In this document: piece after piece, positions 1-10,040 of the stretch | Numbering within the stretch: the first letter of the stretch is position 1 | How the letters are laid out: every line of letters starts with the position of its first letter | NCBI GenBank assembly: GCA_903822175.1 | Contig: CAIJOB010000011.1 | Coordinates: 36,815-100,814, forward strand | DNA length: 64,000 bases | Origin: an uncultured Alphaproteobacteria bacterium | GTDB lineage: Bacteria; Pseudomonadota; Alphaproteobacteria; Caulobacterales; Caulobacteraceae | Direction: 5' to 3' | Notes under the pieces: generated by a model | Database searches by the model: none | Told to the model about the DNA's origin: nothing | Seen by the model: the letters and a program-made list of their open reading frames with translations, nothing else | Translations under genes and position numbers: made by a program

Positions 1-676
1 CCTGGGAGAGCGGCGAGACCATGAGCATGCTGACCGACATGGCGCCCGCCGACTGGCCGAAGATGGTCACCTGGCTCGGATCGCCGCCGAAGGCCGCAAT
101 ATTGCGCCGGACCCAGCGCAGGGCGGCGGCCTGGTCCATCAGGCCATAGTTACCGGAACTGCGGTGGGGCGACTCCGCCGTAAGCTCGGGATGCGCCAGG
201 TATCCCAGCGGACCCAGGCGGTAAGCCACCGTCACCACCACGACACCGCGCTTGGCCAGCCGGTCACCCCAGTAGAGCGGCAGCGAGGTCGCGCCGTTGG
301 TGTAGCCGCCGCCCGGAATGAACACCATCACCGGCAACTGGCCGTGATGCGGCCCGTTCGGCGCCCAGACGTTCAGATAGAGGCAGTCCTCGCTGGTCTT
401 CGGATCCGGCTCTCCCGGCATGGAGACGCCAAGCTGCAGGCAGGCCGGCGCGAACGCGGTGGCATTGCGGACGCCTTTCCAATGCGCGGCGGGCTGCGGC
501 TCGCGCCAGCGTAGCGGCCCCACGGGCGGTGCGGCGAAGGGCACGCCCTCGTAGGCCGCGATCCCATGGCCTTCCGTTCCGCGCAGCAGGCCGGTGTCGA
601 TCCGCACGGTCGCCGCCGACACCGAAACGGGCGCCAGACTTATGATCGCCGCCAGCAGGGCCGTTCGCCAATTCAT
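1..676 (-). CDS. carboxylesterase type B family (para-nitrobenzyl-esterase-like), N-terminal ~225 aa; the 3' end lies outside the window
   Basis: Absent from the ORF track because it is open at the window edge. My own minus-strand translation from ATG 676 gives a signal peptide [22 protein letters not shown], then EDCLYLNVW, the FIPGGGY oxyanion motif and the FGQSAGAMS nucleophile elbow. Confidence 0.85.
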   Translation of the reverse strand, partial: MNWRTALLAAIISLAPVSVSAATVRIDTGLLRGTEGHGIAAYEGVPFAAPPVGPLRWREPQPAAHWKGVRNATAFAPACLQLGVSMPGEPDPKTSEDCLYLNVWAPNGPHHGQLPVMVFIPGGGYTNGATSLPLYWGDRLAKRGVVVVTVAYRLGPLGYLAHPELTAESPHRSSGNYGLMDQAAALRWVRRNIAAFGGDPSQVTIFGQSAGAMSVSMLMVSPLSQ

Positions 677-785
677 CTCTCATCTCCAGCAACACCCGCT
701 GAATCTGAAGCCGCGCTGCGGACCGCGCCAGTCATGGGCTCTGCGGTTCGTCCCGGGCCATGAACACATCGTCACAATTCAACCG

Positions 786-1640
786 ATGGACGCCGGCGAA
801 GGGCTCTTCCACACTCCAGTCATGACCTCGATGCCGCACGCCGACACCCTGGATCTCCGCAACATCGTCCGGCGAACGCTGCGCGATCTGAGCCTAGGTT
901 TCCTCTATTGGCTGGGTTTCGTCCTGGTTCTCGAACCCGACAACCTCATGCGCTGGACCCCGCCCAATGGCGCAGCATGGCTGCACGAGGGCCTGCGCCT
1001 GTTCGGCGCAAGCCTGTTGGGCGCTGCCGCCACACCGGCGATCCTGGCCTTGACGAGAAGGGCCCCGATCGAGGGGCCGTACGTCTTGCGGCGCGGCCTG
1101 CTGCATTTCGGGGTGAATCTCAGCCTGACCGTGACGCTGATCGTGGCGTCTTGCCTGCTGGCCCGGCTGCTACCTTTCGCGACGCATCGGCCCCTGCTGC
1201 GGGACATCGCCGCCGAGCTGGGCGCCAACGGGGCGCTCGTCGCCGCTTGGATCGCGGGTCTGACGGCCTTGGCCCACGCGGCGCGCCGTCGCCGTCGAGG
1301 CGAGCCGGCGGCGAGGCTGGCGATCAGCCAACGCGGGCGGTTCGAGCGGCTGGAGCTGTCGCAGGTTGCCTGGATCGAAACGCAAGGGAACTACGTCGCC
1401 CTGCATGGTTCGGCTGGAACCAGCCTGCTGCGTCGCACCGCCAAAAGTCTGGAGCCGGAACTCGATCCGGCGCGGTTCGTGCGCGTTCATCGGCGCGCCA
1501 TCGTCGCTCTGGATGCGATCCAAGCGGTGACGCCGCTCGCCGCGGGCGACGCGATTCTGCGCCTCAGCTCAGGCGAGACCTTGCGCGTCAGCCGAAGCTG
1601 CCGCGCGCAGCTGCATCGCGCCCTGAAGGCGGCCGTCTAG
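786..1640 (+). CDS. membrane-anchored LytTR-domain DNA-binding protein
   Basis: ORF 594..1640. C-terminal LytTR pattern ([15 protein letters not shown]...[12 protein letters not shown]) and hydrophobic N-terminal helices. Start moved to ATG 786 (ATG 822 also possible) to clear the divergent esterase start at 676. Confidence 0.75.
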   Translation: MDAGEGLFHTPVMTSMPHADTLDLRNIVRRTLRDLSLGFLYWLGFVLVLEPDNLMRWTPPNGAAWLHEGLRLFGASLLGAAATPAILALTRRAPIEGPYVLRRGLLHFGVNLSLTVTLIVASCLLARLLPFATHRPLLRDIAAELGANGALVAAWIAGLTALAHAARRRRRGEPAARLAISQRGRFERLELSQVAWIETQGNYVALHGSAGTSLLRRTAKSLEPELDPARFVRVHRRAIVALDAIQAVTPLAAGDAILRLSSGETLRVSRSCRAQLHRALKAAV

Positions 1641-2917
1641 CGGTTTTCGACGGGGGTGTAGGGCCGCTGCAGGGCGCCGGTGTAGAGCTGGCGCGGACGG
1701 CCGATCTTGTAGGCCGGGTCCTCGATCATCTCTTTCCACTGGCTGATCCAGCCGACCGTGCGGGCGACGGCGAACAGCACCGTGAACATCTCGGCCGGGA
1801 AGCCGAGCGCGCGGAGCGTGATGCCCGAATAGAAGTCGACGTTCGGGTAGAGCTTACGCTCGATGAAATACTCGTCGGAAAGCGCGATACGCTCCAGCTC
1901 CATCGCCACCTTCAGCAGCGGGTCGTCCTCGTGGCCGACTTCAGCCAGGACCTCGTGGCAGGTCTTCTGCATCACCGTCGCCCGCGGGTCGTAGTTCTTG
2001 TAGACGCGATGGCCAAAGCCCATCAGCCGGTAGCGGCGATCCTTCACCCCCTGGACGTATTCCGGGATGCGGTCGACCGTGCCGATCTCCTTCAGCATGT
2101 TCAGCGCTTCCTCGTTCGCCCCGCCGTGCGCGGGGCCCCAGAGGCAGGCGATGCCGGCGGCGATACAGGCGAACGGATTGGCGCCCGACGAACCGGCCAG
2201 GCGCACCGTCGAGGTCGACGCGTTCTGCTCATGGTCGGCGTGCAGGATGAAGATGCGGTCCATGGCCCGCGTCAGCACCGGATTGGGCTTCCAGTCCTCA
2301 GCCGGGACCGAGAAGCACATGCGCAGGAAGTTCTCGGCGTAGGAGAGGTCGTTGCGCGGGTGCACGAAGGGCTGGCCGGTGAAGTATTTGAAGGCGCGCG
2401 CCGCGATGGTCGGCATCTTGGCGATCAGGCGATGGGCCGAGATCATCCGCTGCTGCGGATCGTTGATGTCGGTGCTGTCGTGATAGAAGGCTGAGAGCGC
2501 GCCGACCGCGCCGGTCATGATCGCCATCGGGTGAGCATCCCGACGGAAGCCCTGGAAAAACCTGTCAAACTGCTCGTGCAGCATTGTGTGGTGGGTGATC
2601 GTGTTCTCGAAGTCGGCATATTGCGCGGCGTTCGGCAGCTCGCCGTTCAGCAGCAGGTAGCAGACGTCAAGGAAGGTCGATTTCTCGGCCAGTTCGCCGA
2701 TCTGGTAGCCACGGTGCAGCAGGATGCCCGCGTCGCCATCGATGTAGGTGATCTTGCTTTCGCAGCTCGCCGTCGAGGTAAAGCCGGGGTCGTAGGTGAA
2801 GGCGTCGCTCTCCGCATAGAATTTGCGGATATCGACCACATCCGGGCCCGCCGTACCCTTGAGGATCGGCAGATCGATGGTCTTGCCACCGATGCTGATT
2901 TTCGCCGTGTCCGCCAT
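1637..2917 (-). CDS. gltA: citrate synthase
   Basis: 426-aa ORF, full-length type II citrate synthase signature ([22 protein letters not shown]). Confidence 0.97.
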   Translation of the reverse strand: MADTAKISIGGKTIDLPILKGTAGPDVVDIRKFYAESDAFTYDPGFTSTASCESKITYIDGDAGILLHRGYQIGELAEKSTFLDVCYLLLNGELPNAAQYADFENTITHHTMLHEQFDRFFQGFRRDAHPMAIMTGAVGALSAFYHDSTDINDPQQRMISAHRLIAKMPTIAARAFKYFTGQPFVHPRNDLSYAENFLRMCFSVPAEDWKPNPVLTRAMDRIFILHADHEQNASTSTVRLAGSSGANPFACIAAGIACLWGPAHGGANEEALNMLKEIGTVDRIPEYVQGVKDRRYRLMGFGHRVYKNYDPRATVMQKTCHEVLAEVGHEDDPLLKVAMELERIALSDEYFIERKLYPNVDFYSGITLRALGFPAEMFTVLFAVARTVGWISQWKEMIEDPAYKIGRPRQLYTGALQRPYTPVENR

Positions 2918-2962
2918 GCCCGTCCCCTTCGATGAAAGCCTGTTCGAACGGCTTATAGCGCG

Positions 2963-4369
2963 TTAGCCGCCAAGCGAAAGCGCGTCGTCGAGCCTGCCCA
3001 AGCTTTCGTCTTTCCCGAGTGAAACAAGGGCGCCGGCAAGGTCGGGCGCCGGCGATCCGCCCGAAAGCACCTGACGGAGCGCCGGACCGATCTTTCCGAG
3101 CCCAACGCCCTCGCTTTCGGCAAAGCCGCGGTTCACGGCCTCCAGGCTCGGGACATCCCAGACGCCCTGGGTGGCGTAGACGTCGCGCAGCCGGCCGAGC
3201 CGCGCGCGGGTCTCCTCGTTGAGTAGTTCCTTGCCCTTGTCGCTCATCGCCAACGGGCGGCGCTTCAGGGCGAAGATCACCGCGTCGGCCAGCTCCAGCG
3301 TCGTCTTGGCCCCATCGCGGACAAAGGGGATCACGCTGGCGAGCTTCTCCAGGTCGCCGTCGTGCGGCGGCCAGTCGCGGCTCTTCAGGATCGCGGCCAC
3401 CAGGTCGGCCAGCCGCCCCGGCTCGGCCAGGCGGATGTAGTGGTTGTTGAGGTGGTTGAGCTTGTCCCAGTCCAGGCGGGCCGGCGCGCCGACCACATCC
3501 TTGATGTCGAACCAAGCGATCGCCTGCTCGTCGTTGAAGATCTCGTCGTCGCCGTGGCCCCAGCCGAGCTTGGCCAGGTAGTTGCGCATGGCCTCGGGGA
3601 GGTAGCCCATGTCGGCGAACTCGCCGACCGCCTGGGCGCCGTGGCGTTTGGAGAGCTTGGTCCCGTCCGGCCCGTGGATGAGCGGCAGGTGCGCCCAGAC
3701 CGGCGGTGTCCAGCCCAACCCTTGATAGATCAGAGTTTGCCGCGCCGCGTTGTTCAGATGGTCGTCGCCACGGATCACGTGGGTCACGCCCATCTCATGG
3801 TCATCCACGACGACCGCCAGATTGTAGGTCGGCGTGCCGTCGGTGCGCAGCAGGATAAGGTCGTCGAGATCCTTGTTCTGGAAGACCACGCGACCCTTCA
3901 CCTGGTCGTCGATCACCGTCTCGCCGTCGAGCGGCGCCTTCAGGCGCACCACGAAGGGGCGGTCCGGCGCATCGTTCGGCGCGGCTTCGCGCCAGGGCGA
4001 ACGCACGACCCGGCCCTCGGCGCGCGCTGCAGTGCGCTCAGCCTCCAGCTCGTCGGGGGTCATGAAGTCGCGATAGGCCGAGCCCCGCGCCAGCATCTCC
4101 GCAACCGCGGCGGCGTGACGATCGGCGCGGCTCGCCTGGAAGACCGGCGTCTCGTCGGCCTCGATCCCCAGCCAGCTCAGGCCGTCGAAAATCACCTGCA
4201 CGGCGGCCTCGGTAGACCGCTCGCGATCGGTGTCTTCAACCCGCAGCAGGTACTTGCCACCCGTGTGGCGAGCATAAAGCCAGTTGAACAGAGCCGTCCG
4301 GGCGGTGCCAATATGCATGGCGCCGGTCGGCGAGGGGGCGATACGGGTGACGACGGGCTTGTCGGACAT
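2963..4369 (-). CDS. gltX: glutamate--tRNA ligase
   Basis: ORF 2963..4426. Class I HIGH motif (PSPTGAMHIGTART) and KMSKS-type LSKRHG. Start set at ATG 4369 (MSDKPVVTRIAPSP). Confidence 0.95.
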   Translation of the reverse strand: MSDKPVVTRIAPSPTGAMHIGTARTALFNWLYARHTGGKYLLRVEDTDRERSTEAAVQVIFDGLSWLGIEADETPVFQASRADRHAAAVAEMLARGSAYRDFMTPDELEAERTAARAEGRVVRSPWREAAPNDAPDRPFVVRLKAPLDGETVIDDQVKGRVVFQNKDLDDLILLRTDGTPTYNLAVVVDDHEMGVTHVIRGDDHLNNAARQTLIYQGLGWTPPVWAHLPLIHGPDGTKLSKRHGAQAVGEFADMGYLPEAMRNYLAKLGWGHGDDEIFNDEQAIAWFDIKDVVGAPARLDWDKLNHLNNHYIRLAEPGRLADLVAAILKSRDWPPHDGDLEKLASVIPFVRDGAKTTLELADAVIFALKRRPLAMSDKGKELLNEETRARLGRLRDVYATQGVWDVPSLEAVNRGFAESEGVGLGKIGPALRQVLSGGSPAPDLAGALVSLGKDESLGRLDDALSLGG

Positions 4370-6560
4370 CGAACTGAGGGAACCTGGGGAAGCTGCGGCG
4401 GGAGCCGGGGCGGCGCCTATTAGCACGCCGCCAAAGGCGCGTCCTAGCTTCGCGGCGGCTGGCGCCTGGATCGGCGAGCAGATCGAGAAGCAGGGCGAGC
4501 GCTGGACGCTGTGGAGCCCGGTAGCCTTCGGCTGCGGCGCCGGCCTCTACTTCACGCTGCTGCGTGAGCCGCAGGTCTGGGTCGGGTTCGCCGGCGTGGC
4601 GGTGGCCGCCGCCGTGCTGCTGGGCGCGAGCCGCTGGAGCCGGGCGAGGGCGCTGACCGCGCTCCTGGTGCTTTTGGCCTGCGGTCTGGGCGGCTTCTCC
4701 ATGGCCAAGCTGCGCACAGAAGGCGCCAAAGCGCCGGTCGCCGGCGTCGACACCCATCCCCAGCGGTTGGAAGGCTGGGTGGTGGACATCGTCAGCCCCG
4801 GGCAGGGTGGGCCACGTCTGCTGGTCGCGCCGTATCGCATCGGTGACTGGGCGCCGGCCGCGACACCGATCCGGGTTCGCGTCACTTTACGGGGTGGCTA
4901 TCTCCCCGCGCCCGGCGAGCCGATCCGCCTCTTGGCGGTGATCAATACGCCGCCGCAACCGGCCAGTCCCGGCTCCTACGACTTCGCCCGCGACGCCTTC
5001 TTCCAGAGCGTCGGCGGCGTCGGCTTCGCGCTCGGACCCGTGCAGACCTGGTATCCGCCTGATCTGCCGCCGGCGCGGCTGCGACTGACCATGCGGATCA
5101 ATGCCCTGCGCTGGGCGCTGACCCGGCGGATCGTCGACACGCTTGGCATCCAGAGCGGCGGGCTGGCCGCCGCCATGACCACGGGCCATGACGCCTTCAT
5201 CCCGAAGAATGAGGTCAACGACCTGCGGGCCGCGGGGCTGGCGCACATCATCTCGATCAGCGGCCTGCACATGGCCATCGTCGGTGGGTTCGTCTTCGCC
5301 ATCGCCCGGTTCGGCATCGCCGCCTGGCCGTGGCTGGCGCTGCGCGTGCCCGGCAAGAAGGTCGCCGCGGCCTTCGCGCTCGCCTCGGTGCTGGCCTATC
5401 TGGTGCTCTCCGGCTGGCCACCGCCCGCCGAACGGTCCGCGGTGACCGCCGCCGTGGCCTTTGGCGCGATCCTGGTCGACCGACAGGCGATCAGCCTGCA
5501 TGCGCTCGCGCTCGCCGCCCTGGTGGTGCTGCTCCTGCAGCCCGAGGCCGTGACCCAGCCCGGGTTCCAGATGTCCTTCGCCGCCACCGCCGCCCTGGTG
5601 GCGCTTGCCGAGGTCTGGCGGCACCCGGTGCGCGAGATCAACACGCCCTGGCCCATCAAAATCCTGCAGGGCCTCTGGACTTGGACGCTGGCCGGCGCGG
5701 CGGCGAGCTTCGTGGCCGGCACGGCGACCGGGCCCTTCGCCATGCAAGACTTCAACCGCGTCTCCACCTGGGGGCTGATCTCCAACATGGTCACCGAGCC
5801 GATTTCCGGCTTCCTGATGATGCCGGGGTTGGCGATCGGGGCAGTGCTGGCGCCGTTCGGCCTGGGGAAGTGGCCGCTGGAAGTGGCGGGCTTCGCCATC
5901 GACCTGATGAACCGCGTGGCCCACATCGCCGCCAACGCGCCCTACGCCCAGCTCAATGTGGCGAGCGGTCCCAACTGGTCGCTGCCGGCCGCCTTCCTAG
6001 GCCTGCTTTGGCTCTGCCTTTGGAAGGGCCGGCTACGGTGGCTCGGCCTGCCGCTGGCGCTGGCCGTGAACCTCGCGCCCAAGCCGCCGATCCCCGACGT
6101 CTGGGTCGATGGCGCGGGCTCGGCCGTGGCCGTCCACGGCGGCAAGGACGCCATCCTGTTCCGCCCCGACGTGAAGCTGTTCGGCGCCGAGCTCTGGGCG
6201 CGGCGGCGAGGCCTGGTCCCGCAGGAAAGCGATACGGTCCGCGACGCCAGCTACGACTGCGATCACTGGAGCTGCACGCCGCTCGCCACCGCGCCGGTGA
6301 AGGTCGCGGCTGCCTGGAACATGAAGCGGCCGCTGAAGGACGGGCGCTTCGCCCAGATGTGCGGGTCTTCCGAGGTGGTGATCCTGCGCAACGACGAAGC
6401 GCCGGAAGCCTGCGCCGCGCCGCTGGTGCTGACTGGCGCCGATTTCGCCCGCGGCGGCTCGGCCGAGCTGTTCCGCGAAAGCCCCACCAAATGGCGGATC
6501 GTCTGGGCGCAGGATGCTCGGGGGCGCCGGCCGTGGACCTGGGGCCCTGATCCGCGATGA
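4284..6560 (+). CDS. comEC: ComEC/Rec2 family competence-type inner-membrane channel protein
   Basis: 758-aa polytopic ORF with the ComEC core pattern (AGLAHIISISGLHMAIV). Start uncertain: in-frame candidates are ATG 4284, ATG 4317, GTG 4347 and TTG 4359, and all overlap the divergent gltX 5' end. Confidence 0.85.
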   Translation: MNRAVRAVPICMAPVGEGAIRVTTGLSDIELREPGEAAAGAGAAPISTPPKARPSFAAAGAWIGEQIEKQGERWTLWSPVAFGCGAGLYFTLLREPQVWVGFAGVAVAAAVLLGASRWSRARALTALLVLLACGLGGFSMAKLRTEGAKAPVAGVDTHPQRLEGWVVDIVSPGQGGPRLLVAPYRIGDWAPAATPIRVRVTLRGGYLPAPGEPIRLLAVINTPPQPASPGSYDFARDAFFQSVGGVGFALGPVQTWYPPDLPPARLRLTMRINALRWALTRRIVDTLGIQSGGLAAAMTTGHDAFIPKNEVNDLRAAGLAHIISISGLHMAIVGGFVFAIARFGIAAWPWLALRVPGKKVAAAFALASVLAYLVLSGWPPPAERSAVTAAVAFGAILVDRQAISLHALALAALVVLLLQPEAVTQPGFQMSFAATAALVALAEVWRHPVREINTPWPIKILQGLWTWTLAGAAASFVAGTATGPFAMQDFNRVSTWGLISNMVTEPISGFLMMPGLAIGAVLAPFGLGKWPLEVAGFAIDLMNRVAHIAANAPYAQLNVASGPNWSLPAAFLGLLWLCLWKGRLRWLGLPLALAVNLAPKPPIPDVWVDGAGSAVAVHGGKDAILFRPDVKLFGAELWARRRGLVPQESDTVRDASYDCDHWSCTPLATAPVKVAAAWNMKRPLKDGRFAQMCGSSEVVILRNDEAPEACAAPLVLTGADFARGGSAELFRESPTKWRIVWAQDARGRRPWTWGPDPR

Positions 6561-6838
6561 TGTTCACTAAGCGCCTGCGTGAGCCGGTGATGCGGGGCGA
6601 GGTCACCTGCAGCGTGCGCATCTGGCAAAGGCCGCATGTGAAGGTTGGCGGCCGCTATCCGCTGGGCCCGGGCGCCATCGAGGTGACCGCGATCCGAGAG
6701 ATATCACTGCAGGACGTCACACCGGACTTGGCGCGTAGGTCCGGTTTTCTGGGTGTCGTCGATCTGTTGAAGGTCGCCAAGCACGGACCCGGCGAAAAGG
6801 TCTATCTCGTGGAGTTCGAATACCACGACGCCGCCTGA
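6557..6838 (+). CDS. small ASCH/PUA-like domain protein
   Basis: 93-aa ORF whose start overlaps the comEC stop (ATGA). Strong GC3 bias. The sequence pattern resembles ASCH-domain proteins; this family call is tentative. Confidence 0.6.
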   Translation: MMFTKRLREPVMRGEVTCSVRIWQRPHVKVGGRYPLGPGAIEVTAIREISLQDVTPDLARRSGFLGVVDLLKVAKHGPGEKVYLVEFEYHDAA

Positions 6839-6881
6839 GGCGGCGATGGCGCCCCGGCCGAAGCCAGGGCTCCGAAGTCGA

Positions 6882-7178
6882 CTACTTCTTGGCCGCAGCC
6901 TTGTCGGCGCTCTTCTGAGCGTCCGCGGCCTTATCAGCGTGGTCAGTGGCCATCTTCGACGCGTCGGTGGCAGCCTTGGCGTCGGCCTTGGCGGCGTCCG
7001 GCGTGGGGGCCGCCGCAGCCGCCGAGGCGTCCGTGGCCGCGGTGGTGGCCGCAGTGCTGGCCGCGGCAGATTCGGCGCCGGCCTTGGCGGAATCGTCGGC
7101 AGCCTTCTCGGCCGGCTTTTGGCAAGCCGCGAGGGACAGGCTGAGGGCGGCGATGGCCGTCAGAGTCAGAATGCGCAT
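6882..7178 (-). CDS. small Ala/Lys/Asp-rich, probably disordered lipoprotein
   Basis: ORF 6882..7226. Start set at ATG 7178, giving MRILTLTAIAALSLSLAAC with an LAAC lipobox. The rest is low-complexity A/K/D/T. Confidence 0.7.
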   Translation of the reverse strand: MRILTLTAIAALSLSLAACQKPAEKAADDSAKAGAESAAASTAATTAATDASAAAAAPTPDAAKADAKAATDASKMATDHADKAADAQKSADKAAAKK

Positions 7179-7269
7179 GGATGGTCTCTCCCTATCGACG
7201 CGGCTTGAGTGCAGCGTCTTCGACAACAGGAGCGATTGTCTGTTTGCAAACGCCCCGGCCCGACGTGTG

Positions 7270-7294
7270 AACGCTGGACCAAGGCGAAGGTTGC
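7270..7294 (-). promoter_or_regulatory. candidate EcfG/SigT-type (general stress) promoter: GCAAC-N16-CGTT on the minus strand
   Basis: The minus strand reads GCAAC CTTCGCCTTGGTCCAG CGTT. This has one mismatch to the GGAAC-N16/17-CGTT consensus and correct spacing. It lies about 90 nt upstream of the lipoprotein ATG at 7178. Confidence 0.3.
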
Positions 7295-7307
7295 ACGCGT
7301 TCGGAAC

Positions 7308-7997
7308 CTAGTGATAGCGGCGGATCAGACCCACCAGCTTGCCCTGCACATCCACCTGATCCGGTCCGAAGATACGGGTCTCGTAGGCGGGGTTGGCGGC
7401 TTCCAGCGCGATGGAGGCGCCCTTGCGGCGCAGGCGCTTCAAGGTGGCTTCTTCGCCCATCACCAGGGCCACGACGATGTCGCCGGAGGTGGCGGTGTCG
7501 CCACGGCGGATCACCACGTAGTCGCCGTCCAAGATGCCGGCGTTGATCATCGAGTCGCCCTGAATCTCTAGGACGAAGTGCTCGCCCGCGCCCAGCATGC
7601 TCTCAGCGACCGGGATGCGGTCGCGCTCCTGCTGGATCGCCTCGATGGGCGTGCCGGCGGCGATCTTGCCCAGGATCGGCAGTTCGCGGGTGTCGTTGGC
7701 CGCGGGCGGCATGGCCGGTCCGCCATCGACGATCTGCGGCTTGAAGGGGGCTCGGCCCTTGGGCGGGGCGGCCATGGTCGCCTGCTGCGGCAGCTTCACC
7801 ACCTCCAAAGCCCGGGCCCGGTGGGGCAGGCGGCGCAGGAAGCCGCGCTCTTCCAGCGCGGTGATCAGCCGGTGGATCCCGGACTTGGACGCCAGGTCCA
7901 ACGCCTCCTTCATCTCATCAAAGGACGGCGAGACACCGCTCTCCTTGATCCGTTCATGGATGAACATCAGCAGTTCGTGTTGCTTGCGGGTGAGCAT
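7308..7997 (-). CDS. lexA: LexA repressor
   Basis: 229 aa with an N-terminal winged helix, the IAAG cleavage region, the GDSM serine and the TLKRL lysine of the S24 peptidase domain. It has the long Pro-rich linker typical of alphaproteobacterial LexA. Confidence 0.97.
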   Translation of the reverse strand: MLTRKQHELLMFIHERIKESGVSPSFDEMKEALDLASKSGIHRLITALEERGFLRRLPHRARALEVVKLPQQATMAAPPKGRAPFKPQIVDGGPAMPPAANDTRELPILGKIAAGTPIEAIQQERDRIPVAESMLGAGEHFVLEIQGDSMINAGILDGDYVVIRRGDTATSGDIVVALVMGEEATLKRLRRKGASIALEAANPAYETRIFGPDQVDVQGKLVGLIRRYH

Positions 7998-8062
7998 CGG
8001 TGCGGACCTCGACTAGGGCGCTGACTAGAGCGCTTGGAGAACAAAGCGCAAACGTTGGCGAT

Positions 8063-8077
8063 GTTCTCTAGGTGTTC
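8063..8077. promoter_or_regulatory. alphaproteobacterial SOS (LexA) box GTTC-N7-GTTC upstream of lexA
   Basis: Exact GTTC TCTAGGT GTTC, 66-80 nt upstream of the lexA ATG. A second, imperfect copy GAAC-N7-AAAC lies at 8039-8053. Confidence 0.7.
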
Positions 8078-8155
8078 CGCATTAATGTCAAGTTACGGCG
8101 CTCGTCGCTGAAACTTCACAGGAAATTCCGGCCCCAGATCTGCGCTAAATCCGAC

Positions 8156-8947
8156 TCAACCGGCCAACAGGAATCGAGTCGCCGCTTCGACGTCGGCCTG
8201 CCGCATCAGGCTTTCGCCCACCAGCATGGCCTTGGCGCCGGACCGCTCCAGCCGCGTGGCGTCGGCGGGGGTGAAGATGCCGCTTTCGGTCACCAGCAGC
8301 GCGCCGGCCGGCGCGGCGGCGGCTAGGCGTTCGGTGATCGCCAGATCGACCTCGAAGGTCCGTAGGTCGCGGTTGTTAACCCCGATCAGATTGGCCTTCA
8401 GCGCCGCGGCGCGAGCCAGTTCGACCTCGTCGTGGGTCTCGACCAGCACGTCCATGCCGTGGGCTTGGGCCGCTTCCATCAGGTCGGACGCGAGGGTGTC
8501 GTCGACCATGGCCAAGATCACCAGTATGGCGTCGGCGCCCAGCGCGCGGCTTTCGGCGACCTGCCAGGGATCGACCAGGAACTCCTTGCGGATACAGGGG
8601 AGGCCGGTCGCCATCCGCGCCACCACGAGATAGTCGTCCGCGCCCTGGAAGCTCGGCGTGTCGGTGAGCACCGAGAGACAGGCCGCGCCGCCAGCTTCGT
8701 AGGCCTTGGCGAGCGCCGGTGGATCGAAGTCGGCGCGGATCAGGCCCTTGGACGGCGAGGCCTTCTTGATCTCGGCGATCAGCGCCAGACGTCCCGGCCC
8801 ATGCGCCCGCTCCAGGGCGGCGCGGAAGCCGCGCGGCGCTGAAACGTCACGAGCGGCGGCCTCAACCTCGCGCAGCGGACGGACCGCCTTGCGCTGGGCG
8901 ACCTCCTCGCGCTTGTAGGCCGCGATGCGGTCGAGGATGTCGCTCAT
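8156..8947 (-). CDS. trpC: indole-3-glycerol-phosphate synthase
   Basis: ORF 8156..9151. The homologous part begins at ATG 8947 ([16 protein letters not shown]), and the [12 protein letters not shown] motif is present. Confidence 0.93.
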   Translation of the reverse strand: MSDILDRIAAYKREEVAQRKAVRPLREVEAAARDVSAPRGFRAALERAHGPGRLALIAEIKKASPSKGLIRADFDPPALAKAYEAGGAACLSVLTDTPSFQGADDYLVVARMATGLPCIRKEFLVDPWQVAESRALGADAILVILAMVDDTLASDLMEAAQAHGMDVLVETHDEVELARAAALKANLIGVNNRDLRTFEVDLAITERLAAAAPAGALLVTESGIFTPADATRLERSGAKAMLVGESLMRQADVEAATRFLLAG

Positions 8948-9017
8948 CCTGCTTCGCTCCTGAGCGGAGCTTCGCAGGATCTGATGTCCCGCCCTCCGAA
9001 GCCTTGGCGAAGGAGGG

Positions 9018-10031
9018 TCATGCGCCGGCCAGGCTTCTGAGCTTGTCGAGCGTCGCCTTGGCGCGGCCGTCGTCGATGACAGCGGCGGCCAATTCGACGC
9101 CCTCGCGCAGGGTTTCGACCCGCTCGGCCACCAGGAAGGCCGCCGCCGCATTCAGGGTTACAATGTCGCGATAGGCGCCCTTTTCACCGTCCAGCAGGCC
9201 GGTGAGCGCCGCCGCATTGTCCTTCGGCGCGCCACCGGTCAGATCGGCCAGCGCCGCCCGCGGCAGGCCAACCGCCTCCGGCGTCACCGTGAACAGCCGC
9301 ACCTGACCGTCGCGCAACTCCGCGACGCTGGTCTCGCCGGTCGTGGTCATCTCGTCCATGCCCGAGCCGTGCACCACCCAGGCGCGTTCCGAGCCCAGCA
9401 CCTTCAGCGCCTCGGCCAGCGGCGCGACCCACCGCTCGGCGAACACGCCGACCACCTGGCGCTGGGCGCCGGCCGGATTGGTCAGCGGCCCCAGCAGGTT
9501 GAAGATCGTCCGAAAGCCCAGCTCCGCGCGGATCGGCGAGACGTGGCGCATGGAGCCATGGTGCGCCGGCGCGAACATGAAGCAGATGCCGGCCTCGTCC
9601 AGCGCCTGAAGCTGGCGGTCGACCGGCATGGCGATGTCGACGCCAAGCTCGGTCAGCACGTCGGCTGTGCCGGACTTCGACGACAGCGCGCGGTTGCCGT
9701 GCTTGGAGACCTTCAGGCCCCCACCCGCGACGACGAAGCCGACCGCTGTCGAGATGTTCAGGGTGTGCAGCCCGTCGCCGCCGGTGCCGCAGACATCGAT
9801 GGTCGGGTAGGGCGGTTCGATCTGCACGGCGGCTTTGCGCATGGCGCGCGCGCAGGCGACGATTTCGCCCAGGGTCTCGCCGCGCATCCGCATGGCGGTC
9901 AGCGCCGCGCCGACCTGGCTCGGCGTCGGCTCACCGCGCAGGCAGGCGGCGAAGAACTCGCCGGCGTTGTCTTCCGAGAGCGTGCCGCCATCGGCCAGCA
10001 GGCTGAGCAAAGGCTTGAAAGCGTCGGACAT
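9018..10031 (-). CDS. trpD: anthranilate phosphoribosyltransferase
   Basis: 337 aa with the CGTGGDG and KHGNRA motifs. Confidence 0.95.
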   Translation of the reverse strand: MSDAFKPLLSLLADGGTLSEDNAGEFFAACLRGEPTPSQVGAALTAMRMRGETLGEIVACARAMRKAAVQIEPPYPTIDVCGTGGDGLHTLNISTAVGFVVAGGGLKVSKHGNRALSSKSGTADVLTELGVDIAMPVDRQLQALDEAGICFMFAPAHHGSMRHVSPIRAELGFRTIFNLLGPLTNPAGAQRQVVGVFAERWVAPLAEALKVLGSERAWVVHGSGMDEMTTTGETSVAELRDGQVRLFTVTPEAVGLPRAALADLTGGAPKDNAAALTGLLDGEKGAYRDIVTLNAAAAFLVAERVETLREGVELAAAVIDDGRAKATLDKLRSLAGA

Positions 10032-10040
10032 GGTCGCGTG

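Noticed and set aside
4371-4383. GAAC-TGAGG-GAAC between the gltX and comEC starts, as a possible SOS box for comEC.
   Set aside because: The spacer is 5 nt, not the 7 nt of the alphaproteobacterial LexA box.
6814-6820. GTTCGAA (T-loop-like) strings here and at about 21040 and 30610, as hints of tRNA genes.
   Set aside because: All lie inside well-supported coding regions. No acceptor or anticodon stem can be drawn. I found no tRNA, rRNA, tmRNA or RNase P-like sequence in any intergenic gap.
6846-7311. Plus-strand ORFs (6846..7208 and 6946..7311) mirroring the Ala-rich lipoprotein gene.
   Set aside because: Low-complexity GC-rich repeats are open in several frames. Only the minus frame has a start codon with a signal peptide and lipobox.
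8051-8078. GGAAC...CGTT (minus strand) in the lexA upstream region, as an EcfG/SigT promoter.
   Set aside because: The spacer is 19 nt instead of 16-17. The GGAAC is simply the reverse complement of the SOS-box GTTC.
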